Shown: piece by piece, positions 37,705 through 51,900 of the stretch
How the letters are laid out: each line of letters opens with the position of its first letter
Position numbering within the stretch: position 1 is the first letter of the stretch
NCBI GenBank assembly: GCA_965637545.1
Contig: OZ281497.1
Location: forward strand, 25,978,001-26,042,000
DNA length: 64,000 nucleotides
DNA from: Phallusia mammillata
Lineage: Eukaryota
Reading direction: 5' to 3'
Position numbers and translations under genes: made by a program
Notes under the pieces: model-generated
What the model saw: the letters and a program-made list of their open reading frames with translations, nothing else
Database searches by the model: none
Told to the model about the DNA's origin: nothing

Positions 37705-38017
37705 ATGTAGACATTGTTGAAATACATGTGCTGCTGAGTATTGATAAAAACACCCAAGTCACTTACTTGGCTTGTTAGTACACCCAAAGAACATTTGGTT
37801 GGATGATAAGTTGGATGATTTTGTATCTAGATTCTTGACTTTTTATTCAGGTATGGTATGGTTGTTTTTCTGCAGCCAGTTGCACATAATGAGCATGCAA
37901 AGCGATCTCTTGTTTATGAAGAAGCACACGATTTTGAAGGTATATGTAAAACAATGTAGACTAAGTTTGTGCAACTATTGAAACTAATAACATGATTAAA
38001 TTAAATCATGATTAAAT

Positions 38018-39916
38018 CGTTATATTAATAACCAGTAGGCTAACCGATTGTAAATCAAATGATTACGTGAGACCACTTCCACTTATGGTTAAGATCATTT
38101 GAGTTTGCAACTGTCGGTGTGGTCAAATGAGACAAAGACTTCAACAAAAGTGATTTACTATAAAGTAAGTGACCAAATCGAATAGATTTTGACTGTAAGT
38201 CCCAAAATTTGAGCACATTTGATTTATTTAGGCTAAATGACAACAAACTATTGCTTTCAACCACGTTAAAAAACAAAGTCCGTCAAAGGTTGCGAAACAT
38301 ACAGTCGGCACGTGTAAGGAGAAATTGGAAAAAAAACGACTTTATTAAATTCGGGTGGTGTCGGTCGGGAGTGAAACAAGATGAGAGCAGCACAAATACA
38401 CTCAGATGATTACGTGAAAAGTGGCGATGAAAACGATAGCCGTTTGTGCTGCTGGGCTTCTCTAAAACACACAGTCTATTTATAAAACGTAAGAAACTTT
38501 ACAAAATGTTGACGGTTAGGGCTTTAAAGGTTTTGTAATTCCAATAACATTAGAGTTCCTTCTTATCTATAGATACCTCTTTCCTAACAATATTACTTCC
38601 AAAAGGATCACAGAGGAGCAAAACATGGGTTCAGAAAAACAGCCACATGTGCGTAACATTACTGTGTATATTCGATGCTAAGACATAAAATTTTGACTCT
38701 GCAATAGTAAAAAGGCCAACATCAAAACGAATGTGTCAAAAAGGTACCAAGAAGTAAGTACAATTTTAAACAGTATACGTAGATTGATTCATCGCTCAGC
38801 TCATGTTTAAAACCAATTCACAGTAACCAAAAACACAGCAACGGATTTAGTGGAACTTTGAAATAAAATAGATTTACAGCATTTCAGTTTTCAACAAGTG
38901 ATAATAAATATCAAAAACATACAAGCACAGAAAAATATTTACATAATTTACCTAAGTTTTATATTCGGAGATTCGTTTAATAAATACAAGTCACAATACA
39001 TGAATACGTCACAATAAGATCGTCAGATTGTGCTGAAAAAGAAAAAAATAAATCTCAAATTGGTCAGACCAAGTAGGAACTCGAACACAAATCGGCTCTG
39101 TGACGATTTTATCAAATAGCAATCGGAAAATGAGATGACGTCAAAGCCAACTCACTGACCAATAATGTAGATAAACAGGCTTGTGGTACTAGATGACGTC
39201 AAAGCCAACTCACTGACCAATAATGGGCGCTAGATAAGCAGGCTTGTGGTACTATGAAGTTGTGTGCAAGACCTGCGAGACCGTACGTGTTAAAATAAAA
39301 CAATATAGACGGATATACTGATACACTAAAGTAAAAACTGTTTTGTAACAAATATGATTTGATGCTTTTATATAAACTTTTATGCCAACAAAAATATTGT
39401 GAATTTTGTGCGACTTTTGGACTAAGAATCAGAGATGGTTATAAGCGCAATATTAAATTGTTAATGTTTGAATTTGTTTTACAATAAAGTTTTTACTATG
39501 CATTTAGACTTCAACTTCTGATGAGATTCATTCCCGCTTTTGTGAACTTGTTATTCCAAACCCACAAAACACTGATATTGTGAACACATAGAGCCAATGA
39601 CTCAGCACTTTCATCCGTCAGGTTGTTCGAAGACAGATCAAGAAATTCCATCTAAATATAACAATTGTTAAGTGATTTCAATAAGTATGATTGATGTATT
39701 TTCACAGAAAACGATTAAAAAAATAACGGTTGGCTGCAACAATTCAAGACGGTCAGACAAACATCAAAATTTGGAAACGGTTTAATGTTTTTGTGGATTA
39801 CAAAATAAAGTGAGCCACAAACCATTCAAAAACTAAAAAGCATTTTCATGATTTGTTTTTCACTAGCATTCCTTGGTATGATATGATAATACTACAGCAC
39901 TTGGCTAAAACACAAG
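38018..39916 (-). repeat. Right arm of ~1.9 kb inverted duplication (contains NLR-C terminal exon and 3' region)
   Basis: Reverse complement of 34120-36075, with small indels. Confidence 0.95.
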
Positions 39917-42900
39917 TATTTCTAAGTATATTTTCATGATAACAATGCTAAAATATAAAATATTAAATCAAGGACTGTACCCTAGATGTTGTGAAATGCT
40001 ATTGCTGCCAGGCATAGTATCAAGTTTAAAGAGCTCTTCTGGCAAATGTAATTTTAATTTTATTCCAACGTCCTATACAGGTCGTCTTCATCAGGGTAAA
40101 GAACACTGAATGCGATTAGTACAGTGCACGATAAACGAAGGAAAAAAGAATGGAACGCAAGCACGTCACAACGCAACGAAAACACCGCGCGGTAACAAAC
40201 GATTGGGCCTCTAATCTTTTAGCAGGTGCCTGTAGCACGCTGGAAGCATCATGTCTGTTTTGATGTTCATTGTGTTGCCCCGTTGGTGAATATTCCATAA
40301 CTCAAGAAATAGTCTTTTCCTGTAGTCAGGCTCCTGGGCCACAACAGACGCCACATTGAAAGCCTTGCGATACCGCGTTATTGAAAAGGGCCGATTTCTT
40401 CGCGTCGCTGTTGGCAACATCCCGTTAATGTTCTTTTCGGCGGGTGTTGAGTGACCTTCCAGTCTCCCCGATATATATTAACGGACACTCGGCGCAGGGA
40501 ACAGAATATATAACACCAAGGTGCTGACTGGATCTTTCCGGTGACTTAGTAGCTTGCGGAAAGTATTGGCAGGTTGAACGCCAACCGCTACGTCGAAGTC
40601 ACGCAACATACGCCTTAGAATATCCGTCAGTTTCGGTATGTACGGAAGTGTCACAAAACCCTCCGTTTTTGGATGGGTCACCTGTTTGGGACACGTTGCC
40701 CGTCGATCACGGAGAATCCAGTTGGGGTAGCCGTTATATTTCAAGGCTTTGCGCACCTTTGTCAGTTCCGCCTCGCAGTCGTCGCTATGAGTGCACAAGC
40801 GTCGTGCCCGATCTTCTGGGGAACGAACCACACCTCTTTTCTGGTATGTGGGGTGATGAGATCGAAAATTGAGATACCTGCCGGTACTCGTTGGCTTGTG
40901 GTAAACTTTCGAGTACAAGACACCGTCAACGGTTCTTGTGACTTGAACATCTAGAAATGGGAGACAGTTTACCGATTGGAGTTCCATGGTAAACCGAATG
41001 CCTAGTTGCGCCTCGTTGAGATGCCGTAGAAATGCCTTAACCTTGTTCTTAGCAATGACACAAAAAATGTCGTCAACATATCGCCGGCAAAATTTTGGTG
41101 GGTTGGCAAATGTTGATAAGACTTTTTCCTCAAGCGCTTACATTGTCATGTTTGCGACAACTACAGAGACCTGGGAACCCATCGCTGTTCCTTGAACCTG
41201 CTGGTAAAAGCTTCCCCTGAGTGTTAAAAAGGATTGCTCCAAGCAAATCCGCAAACCGTCCACAATATTTTCTGTCTTTCAGGCTATAGTCGTTTAAACT
41301 CCTGGATGACGCGATGTCAATCGCCAATTCCACAGGAACGCTTGCAAAAAGTGACACGACGTCATATGACACCATTACCTCTTCGTTAAACAGTGGCGGC
41401 AACTGTGCTATCTCTTGAACAAACTTGGACGAGTTCGAAACAGTCCATTCCGTATTGCCCACGAGCGGAGAAATAACTTTCGCTAGGTACTTCGCAAGAT
41501 TGTAGGTTGAGTACCAACAAACGAAACGATTGGTCGCAGAGGGATGCCTTCCTTGTGGATGGTAAGCCGTAGATGTGCGGGGCGGAGTGCTATGCAGTTG
41601 ATGGAATATGGCTTCAGAAATGCATCGTCTCTCTGTGTGCAATTTCCCCATGAACTTATTAAGGACCCGTTCCGACTTACGTGTTGGATCACTCTTTAAA
41701 CCAGCGGTTCCCAAACTGGGGTCCGCGGTCCTTTAGGGGTCCGTGAGGCAATTTTGGGGGGACCGCGAAGCGGTTGCGGTATTTCTATAATCTTATTTGG
41801 CGTCAGTTTGTGCCACTAAATAAGTTTAAATCAAAGTAGAATTGAGAATCGACTGTCTTCATTGCGATACAATGGCCTTTATTGAATGACAACTATCAAA
41901 AATGCAATTGTTCGCGCACAATTGCAATGTTTTTGTCCTGTTTGCGATGTCACATGCTGTCTTTGGATGATTGTTATGCGCAATTTTGCATAACTAGCTA
42001 AAATCCTGCAAACAACTTCCGTTTTTATGAAATACACATTTAGGCTTAAGGACCGCGAGCCCTCGAAATAATGGCAAAGGGACCGTTTTGAAAAAAATAT
42101 GAAAAAGTTTGGGAACCACTGCTTTAAACGCTTGTAAGTGGAAGTATCCAGTATTAAGTCAGACATTTTCTTGTCGTAATCTGGGCGGTTTATGATGACA
42201 GTACAGTTACCTTTGTCTGCGGGCAAGATCGAGATGTCTTCATTTGACCTCAAACTTCGGATCGCTTGGTGCTCGGTGTTACTGAGGTTGCTTTGACCCA
42301 TTCTGTGTGTGCGAAGGCAGTTTGCAAGTTTGCCTTAAATGATTGTTTTAATGTGCGCGGGTTGCTGCCAAATTCCTTTCTCGACTGCTGCAGCAATAAT
42401 TTGTTCTTTCGGTACCACCCGAGGTGCAGTGGCAAAATTAAGACCAAGTTGCAAAACCTTGGTTTCATCAACCGTCGGTTGGTAATCGGACAAATTCATG
42501 ACCCAGTATCACGCTGTATCGCAAGGCCACCGTATTGATTTCAATGCGGCGTCTGTTGTGGCCCGGGAGCCTGACTACAGGAAAAGAATATTTCTTGAGT
42601 CATGAAATATTCACCAACGGGGCAACACAATGAACATTAAAACAGACGTGATGCTTCCAGCGTGCTACAGGCACCTGCTAAAAGATTAGAGGCCCAATCA
42701 TTTGTTATCGCGCGGTGTTTTCGTTGCGTTGTGACGTGCTTGCGTTCCATTCTTTTTTCCTTTGTTTATCGTGCACTGTACTAATCGCATTCAGTGTTAT
42801 TTACCCTGATGAAGACGACCTGTATAGGACGTCGAAACGTCGGAATAAAATAGTTGTTGTGTATTATAAAGTTGGCTGTAACGATTTTAAGAACAATAAC

Positions 42901-45900
42901 TTTCACAGACATATCAATGTGTGTATGCAAATCTGTTACGTCGTTTTCGCCAACTGTTGTGAACATAACTTTATCCAGTAAAACATATAACAATTGTCCT
43001 GTGACGCAACAGTTAGTGTTCTATTGCGTGACAATTAATGTTTCAATGCGTGACGTCAATTGCCTGTGTACTGGGGATGTTGCAATCATTTAGTAACTTG
43101 CCTCGTGGTGTGCGTTTGTGAACATTTGACAGGTATAACTTATATTGAAGCCATCAATCTAAATACTGATACTTTTAATTACCAGCTAGATATTAGGAAT
43201 ACATTGCTGAAATAGATTAAGCTTCATTTGGTAAGTTTGGCTTTGTCATATAATGTGAAGTTTTGACTATACCATTAAAGCGAATTGTCGTTCCTTTGTG
43301 GTGTCCACGGTTTTTATCAAGCCACATTGTGTGACGCTTGCGTGAAAGGGGACTCGCGAAAGAAAGCGTTACAAAATCTTTAAAATGCCATTTTAAGCAG
43401 AAAACCAACCTACTAAATAAATGACCCCTGCTTTACAAGATCCTTTACAACATAAGACTAGAACGGTGGCTTTTTAATATACTTCCATTTTATATATTCT
43501 ATATCATATTTTCCAAATTACTATGCACATCATTTGATCTACACATATGATTGTTTTTGCAAACAAAAACCAATGGGTCCCCACACGCGTATTTGTGCGG
43601 ATTTACGTAAAACAAATTTCGCAGTTATTTTTAGATTCTTAAAGACAAATTATTGGCAAGCATTTACCGAAGTTAAAAAAAATTGTCCATATTCTTTTTG
43701 CATCATTATTGTCATATAATTAGAAAAATCACAGTACGCCAGGCCCATTGAAGGCGCTATACCGAATCAGCCGGTCACCAAGCATTCACCACCATATAAT
43801 TAGAAAAACAATTAGAAAAGAAGGGATAGAATACTTTCAATGTAATCCCTTACTTTGACCTTGCTATTGTCGTCCAAGGTCAGTTTTTAAACACAAATTT
43901 TCGTAGAAAGCCTTAACAGTTATATTACAGACCCTATAAATCATCACCACAAGGGCGCCAACTTGTACCATCTTTGGGAACAATATGTAGGGGCGAAGCT
44001 CAGGTACTCGCTGATCTTCGAATTATTCCCATGTCAAGCATTTTTTGAATTCTTGCTTGGTTTTGGCCAGTTTTTCAGGAGATAAACAGCGAGCCTATGA
44101 ATGCACTAGTGGTCCTGTTGTCAGGATGTGATGTTTGACGTTGTGTTTTGGTGGCGTGGAAGGTAGAGTGGGTGCTGTAATCACCGAAAATTTGGAAAGA
44201 AGCTTCGTGTATGCGTCTGTGTTTGAGGCAATGTTGTTCAGCTTGGGGGCGGCTTGCTTGCCGGCAATTGTGCTTAAGGTCGACAATCACAAGGAATGCG
44301 CGCGCAAGAAATCAGCACCATGGAGTGATCCAAAAACTTGCACCAGCGTGAAATTCCAGGAAAACCGGGTGCCATTGGCTGCTTGAAGTTTTTTACCACG
44401 AGTGCAAAACTTACGCTGAAACGCAGACGCAGGATAAACACTAATCTCCTCCCCTGTGTCAACCAAAAAGCGTTGACAGGTATTTTTATCCCACACATAA
44501 AACAAATTATTGATTTGGCCGGTCGCTAAAGATGTTAGGAGCGACCGCCTGGTAAGTTTCCTTGCCAACTGCAAGGTTTCTGACACTTGATAGCTTTTTC
44601 ACAAAAACGGTCGTGATAAAAGCATATTCCAGGCTGCTTTTTAGACCGGAACGTGTAGTTTCTAAGCACTTCTACATCCCGTTTGTTGATTTTTGATATT
44701 TGCTATTCATGCCCTTTCACCTGCCAAAGCACATCAGTTCGTAGAGCAAGTTTCCGACGATCAGCAAAGCTTTCTTTTGCTAGAATCAAACGTATATCTT
44801 CTGGCAAAGCATGCAAGAATATATATCGAAACAAAAAGCAGTTAACATGACCACATATTAGAGATAGCATATCATCCATAAGTTGCGAGGGCTTCTTGTC
44901 TCCGAGATCGTTTATACGGAATAATTTTGCGGCACTTTGATATTCGGAAAGACAAAATACACTCAGAAGTCGCTGCTTAATCGTGGTGTATTTTTCTTCT
45001 TCTGGTGGTTCTTCTAAAAGTCAATCAACCTACTTGCTGTTTGTTGATCAAGTGACGCGACCACATAATAGTATCTGGTTTGGTCGCAGGTAATTTTCTT
45101 TAGGGCAAATTGTGCTTCGGTTTGTTGAAACCAAATCCTTGGCTGTTCTGCCCAAAAAGTGGGCAGTTTAATAGACACAGCGTTTTCTTGGTTTGTCATC
45201 TTTGAAGCAAGATAAAACGTATCTTGTAATCGACGGTCACCAATATGTAGCGAAGTTGATTTTATTGAGCGTGTCCGGTTAAGAATGAGCCGTGACACCG
45301 CAGAACGAGACACGTAAACAAAACGCAAGAAAATAGGCAAAACGAGAAAAAATGCGTTTCTTGCAAACGTAATGCGTGTCGTCACCACAATATATTACCT
45401 AATTAATTATCGATTCTTGAAATGATTTGTTAAAAATAAAAAAGCTACGTTGTAACGAAAAATTGTTCTAAACTGTGTTTGTAATACCTACAAGTTAGCC
45501 TTTAGTGACCCGTGGTCATCCTGCGGCCAAGCTGACAACGAGAACTTAAAGACCATTTATCGCGGCTTTCAAAAAGTTTATTTCTTCATCGTTATGTTAA
45601 ACAACAAAGTTGACATATACGAAACAGAAGCACGTTTATCGAATTTGAATTACGTCTTAGATGTGAAACCTTCGCCAAAACTGAAAATGCGCTGACAGTG
45701 TACACACGTATTATGGGCTGTAAAGGTAACCATTTGGCCGATTAGCGCAAAATTCTAAATACTAAACGAGTAACCTACTGCAAACAATTGTTTAAAATTT
45801 CAGCACACTAGGGCTTGCATTTCTGGCCTAAAACTATAACCGATTATGTCGGGGTTTGAGCGGTAAAAAATGGATGAATCCAAAAAAATTACAAAAATCC

Positions 45901-48900
45901 TTACAATACCTTTCATTGCTCCAACCAACAAAGCACGAAACTCCTGTATGATGTACTTTAGTCAGCACATCCGTTTCAAAAAAATACGTTTTAGGGACAT
46001 TTGGGTGAACCGCTGGGTCATTTAGGATCAAAATTCTGGAGGATCAAACTTAGATCAATAGCTAAAATCTGTCCAAATTTTTTTCATTCTATTATGTAAA
46101 AGCTAACGACATGACGACGTGACATCAAAAAAAGGATTACAAAAATGCTTTCTATTAGATATTCCAACTAAGCTAGATACTATATTGCAGAATATAGATA
46201 GCAATGGTCCGTCATTGTAACCAACATAACATTTTTCAATTTTTTATTGTCAACATCAGCAAATTCAGCTGCGCATTATCTTATTACTGTTGTGCTTTGC
46301 CTTCATTTTTCTTAAACTTTTTGGCTGTTTTTCCATGCTTATATGGTGACTGACACCAGGGGTCGCTGTGTATACTATTGTGTTTATCACGAAAGTAAGA
46401 TTTAAGCCTCGGATTTAACATTGACCACATTAACCTACGATTGTTTTATATTGTAACACAATGTGTCAAACAAAGTCGGAAAATAATTGACTGCCAAGGT
46501 CCACGTGACAAGTTTTAAACTGCGTCACAGGTTTTGGGATCCACAAAAATCCTAAACATGAGTCCACTTAGGAGAGATATGTATTGTTATTTTCTTCGCT
46601 GCGTGTGTTAAACTTTTTAATTTTGTCTTAATATGTGAACGGGTATTTTGTTTTGTACAGTTCCAAGTTTTTGCATTTGTGCGGCGCTTAAAAGGTTTAA
46701 CAAATTTGTCGTTCTGGCAGATAAGTTTTTAACCCATCTCTGTTTGGTTGCGTCTTCAGCTTTTCTGGTAGTTTCTGCCTGTTTGTCTTTTTTAAAAAAG
46801 TTTGCGTGTATTGTGGGGCAATTGTAGCAATGTGTATTTTGTATTTTTGCGTATTTTTATTTTCGCGGCACATCTGACACGTCAAGACAATTTTGTCTTT
46901 CCTTTAAAGTCTAGCAGCCTTAGATGTCGCGTTTTCTAAAAACAACACGCCCTAGCACTTGCGGAATCGTAACACTGTTTCTTGTAGCCGCCATTGTTGT
47001 ACAAAAATTGTTTCCTATGTTTCGGAGCGACACCACCTTTGCCCTGAATTACAAAAACGTGTTGTCGCATGACTATATATCTGTGTTCGCTAATCCATAG
47101 AAAAAGACTATATATATCTGTGTTTGCTAATCCATAGAAAAAAAATCAAAGGACAGAACTTACTGACTTACTTACATATTTACTTGCATTAGTTACGTTA
47201 GACTAAACGAAGTTATCGCCGACGTTATACCTGTATTTTTTTGTCGTTTATATGTTTTATTTAATAAACCTTGTTTTACGTTCTAGTTGTTATTAGTCAG
47301 AATCGTCAGAGCTCTTCATTTTTGAGTCAGATCGCGCATATTTCCTTCTTTAACCCATTTTTTGCAACACAATCATTGGTTTACAAAATATTTGTTGTTT
47401 CCACTTTATCCTATGTACTTCTTGTGTTAGAATTGTTTTTGTGCCATGTGCTGTACGCAGTATTTTTTACGAAAATATGGATTAGGTTTTCACAGAATAG
47501 GAGGAGAACACATGATATCCCCGTTTCGAGTTTATTAAAAAAAACACGATCATTTTGTCACGAGCGATCGTATTGAACCCGGATTAAAATTTATAAGAAC
47601 CGAATGTAAGTAATAAGTGATGAACAGCACTCCCGTTGTAAGAATTTTCTGCGCCCTATTAGTTGTTTGTGCAACCTCGTGTTACACGCTTCATTACGCA
47701 TTGCACAACAAACGTTTGATTGTTGCGTCACACCTGCGCATGCGCCAACTGTAGCGTGGTTGATATGATTTCCAAGTTTTGTGTATCAGGGTTTGTCTGT
47801 TGTTGCCGTTTCGAATAGTTAGCGTTTGGGATTTATGTGCAATGTTGGCGGAGTTGTGTGAGCTAACCTAGTCTATTTTTTATTGCAGCTGTGAAATATA
47901 GTGGCAAACTGTAAAGATATATTGGATGGGATTTAACTGAAATTCATTTTTCGGTCGTGTGATCCTGTGCATTGCTGTCGTGGTAAGCTTTCTTTTTTTT
48001 CAAATGATTCTTATCTAAAGTGTTCGAATTTAATCTAATTTAAATGTAAATATTACAGTTGTGACATCCGATCGCCTGTAAACTGCACAGTCGTGTTGAC
48101 TGCAAGTACATATTGCTGGTGAGTCAATCGTACGTGCGGTGACGTCCTAATGCCTTATTGACGTGTGATATGTTATTGCAGCTTTGCCAATCACTGAATT
48201 ACCTCTGTGGGCCAATTATCACAGTTAAAAACTGCTTTGTTACGTAACGGAGTTTGCTCAAAGTCGTGGTGTCTCCGCATTCGCCAATAAAGGCATTTCG
48301 TTTGAGGGTGTGCTATTGGTGTCCTGACTGCGTACATTGTGGTAATTACTAAGAATGCAGAGGTGACCTGTTACGTTGTCCGAAGAAGCTGGCCACTTTT
48401 CCTGAGGGACTGCGTTACACCGTATTGTGCGAAATAAATTTGCAGGTCATGGGGTCATGTGTAATTTGGGGTCATGTGTAATTTGTTCCCTTGGTGCATT
48501 TCGTGTTAATGCAATTAGAGGATGTGGGGTTAATGAGTTTGTTAAACACTTATTACGTCATCCATGCTCTGTGGCGCCCCAGTGTTTGTTTTGCAAGTGG
48601 CGATACTCGATGTGTCAAGTGAAGGCTCGTGGTAGTCGTTGTTGGTTCGCGTGAAGGACAGAGGTGATACGAGGCCAGCTCACAATTCAAACTTTGCATA
48701 AACGTTATTACATTTTAAGCTATGTCAGAAATTGTTAAGCGTTTTAAATGTAAAAATGAAAGACTAGTGGGTATTAAGTGACTGCTTGATTTGTTGCGTT
48801 TAGTTTATAGGCCATTTAAACAAAAATCACCATATCGTTTCGACACATTTTTTCCCTTAGTAAGTACACCTGTTCATTGTTTAGATGAAGATGCATTAAA

Positions 48901-51900
48901 CCATAATGCCTCTTTTATATACATTTGAGATATATTTACTATTGCTGGATTGCCCCACATACAGTTATACAACGGCAGTATGCTATACAACACACACAAG
49001 ATTGAAGCATTGTTAGATTGTGCGCGAACAACCGCCTTTCTTTTGTTACATAGAGTAGCATTGCTCGGCTATAGGCAGTCCAGTCGGGGTCAACTTGCGG
49101 ACGTCTGTTTGACAAGCACAGGTATAAGAACTTGTAAAAGCAAAAAGAAATTGGGGAAATCTGATTGCCGTTGGTTACAATTGCCGTAATAGTGAAAAAG
49201 TTCGAGGAAAACTCAATGGTTACACAAACGCAGTTTGTTTGCAAAAATACCGAAGCCCGTTAATCACTTAGGGCAAAACCTGTTTTAAATTTACAATAAA
49301 TTTTATTCAATTCAATATTTTATTTACAACGGTTTGAGATTTAAACAGTTGCATAAACAATTATACGATAAGACCCTCCGCTAAACGGGCTCTTTTTGCT
49401 GTGAAACCGGAACCAATTTAATTGCCAACTCCTAGTTTAATTTAGTTTAAACTCACTTCCTAACTCCCATTTTCGGACACAAGAAAAGTTATTGAGAGAT
49501 TTTAGCGAAATTACTAATACGTACGGGCAGATAAATAAAACGTGTTACAGGCACATTAACACCTTTTTTGTCGATACGTAAAACAACTTAAGGAATGGTA
49601 CATGAAATTGTATAGCATTTGTCACAGTGTAAAATCAAGCAAAATCCTCCAATGAGGAAGTAAACTTGTGCAACAGTGTGCATAGGTTATTTTTTTACAA
49701 GTGGCACATGCAGTGACAAAAAGATATTGCATTTTTTGTCGTTGACTGGTTTAATAACTTAAATGTACTAAATACTGGAACAAAATATAAACAATATGTA
49801 AGTTTGTTAAATGTGCTGAATTACATCTTGCTCGGATTTTAATGGAACATGAAATAATATGTCATGAAACTTGAGCATTGACGAAATACGTTTAACGACC
49901 AATAGTAATATCTGAAGTTGCTAATGCAATTTTGCCATTTTGAAGTCGCTTGATGTTTATTTTTAGGTTGCTCGTTTGATGCATGCAAGTTGACCCAATC
50001 TGATGATGTGTGGTAAAAAAAAATTATTGGCATTTGTTGACTACCGTATTTTAACACATAATCAAAGCCCATGCCTGGACGTATAACGCGCCATAAACGT
50101 GATACGAAAGAAACAGATAGTTAAGTGTCTGCTTGATTTGTGATGTTATGTTTATCCGTCATCGGGAAAGACAAACGCGATCTGTATGGTGTGAAGTGTG
50201 TTTTGTGCGGTTTCGAGGAATAAATTGGAAAGAGACAAAATCTACACTAGGCCCTTCTAAAAACAAACTTTGCAGATGAGTATTTGTGCTGTTGTTATCA
50301 TCGAAAAAAGTGCTGACTATATAATAACAAAAACTTAAGCACTCAATGCGTATCTTGCACGGAATCAGATTATCTTCACCACGTGCAACGGCAAAACATT
50401 AAAATACTAGTTTTTCTTAACTGTTCACGCGACAAAACTACTTACAGGTTTTGTCAGTCGCTGTACAGAATTGCTGAGTTGTCTCACTCCTTCAAATCCG
50501 ATGCTACACCACCTCAGTTCCAGGTTTTTAATATTGTGAAGGCAACGAGCCAATAAAGATGCACCCATATTGCCGATCTTATTGCGGGAGAGGTCGAGGA
50601 TCTTCAGCTGATATTGAAGCAAAATAACACATGTCAATTCGCCACAAACCAAACGTGAAAAATCAACAATGTGACGTTTGTAAGGTTAATGCTGACGTAC
50701 AAGTTCAGCGAATTGTTACCCGAATTGTAAGGCAGGCATTGGAAATAATGATAGGCTATAGAATTACAATAGTAGACACATGGGTCGTTACATTGTTGTT
50801 GCGAAATTTCTTGCAAGGAATGTGCTAATCTTCTGTACCATATTTTGAGTAGTTATCTTACGAAAACTTTGAACAGAAGTTTTGTAATGTCACATGCAAC
50901 GTTATGTTGTTTCATAATCATGTGAGCAATGAAAAGTTGACATCAGAATTGTCGTATAAGATGTCGAAATTTATTCTACACTAAAAATCTGCTGAAAGAA
51001 AAGTATTTTTAAACAGCTTACTAAATGGAACACATATCAAATTAACAATTTAAAATCACTCGAATGTGGCTAATCTTTTTCTATTTTAATTCGAGCGAAA
51101 AAAAGAGCCATTCAGACGCGTTTCACATAGCAAAAAAAACTGGGAGCCACAATGTCCCTCTGAAATGAAATGGCACTGCGCATAACTTTTTTGCATTGAT
51201 AATTTTTGTTCTATTGTTTTAAACAGGTTTTGCTGCGCCCGCACACACACACTGCGAACAAAACAGTCGCATTGCGTGTTAACCTACACACCGCCAGTTT
51301 GCCATTTTTATGCTTCACGTTTTGTGGTAGAGTTTCTCAGATTTTCATGCATGCGACGCAATAACAAACTCAATATTCTTTCCTCGGCACACCTGGCAGA
51401 TAATCAACTAAAAACTTTTAAAAAGAAAGTTAATTTGCAACTTTAATGTGATATATAAGATTTCTTTTTTGACAACTAAAAAGAATAAGCATTTTTCGTT
51501 GTAATACACGCCTGTATTTCGTTAAAAGTCCCAGAAAACAACAGATGATGTTTGCACTTTAGAATAGCAAATTTTTGGCGGCACACTTGGAAATCTCTCA
51601 AGGCGCACCGATGTGCCACGACACACAGTTAAAGATTCACTGTTTTTTGGTATAGACGGCTGTAACTATAACTTCTGGAAGTCTGTACGCTCACATGTTA
51701 TTGCATGGCATTTTTTTCGACTTTTGTGATCTGCATTTTCGTCTCAAAAGCAATTTCAAGCTGCATTTTTGGATGTTATAAATACTTTGTCATTTTTGTC
51801 ATTACAAAAACTGAGCCGTATGAGAGGGATCAAAGAGCGTCTCTGAAGCGGCGTGTTGGCGACCCCTGCTATATGTGAAAAAGTTAAAATACATGCGTTG

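Noticed and set aside
36650-37851. Apparent plus-strand exons in the inverted-repeat spacer, interrupted by the hAT element
   Set aside because: After removing the hAT all three frames contain stops and no product is recognisable.
39598-39608. ARE/NF-E2 motif ATGACTCAGCA
   Set aside because: It lies in coding sequence (S-A-E-S codons) and is explained by the protein.
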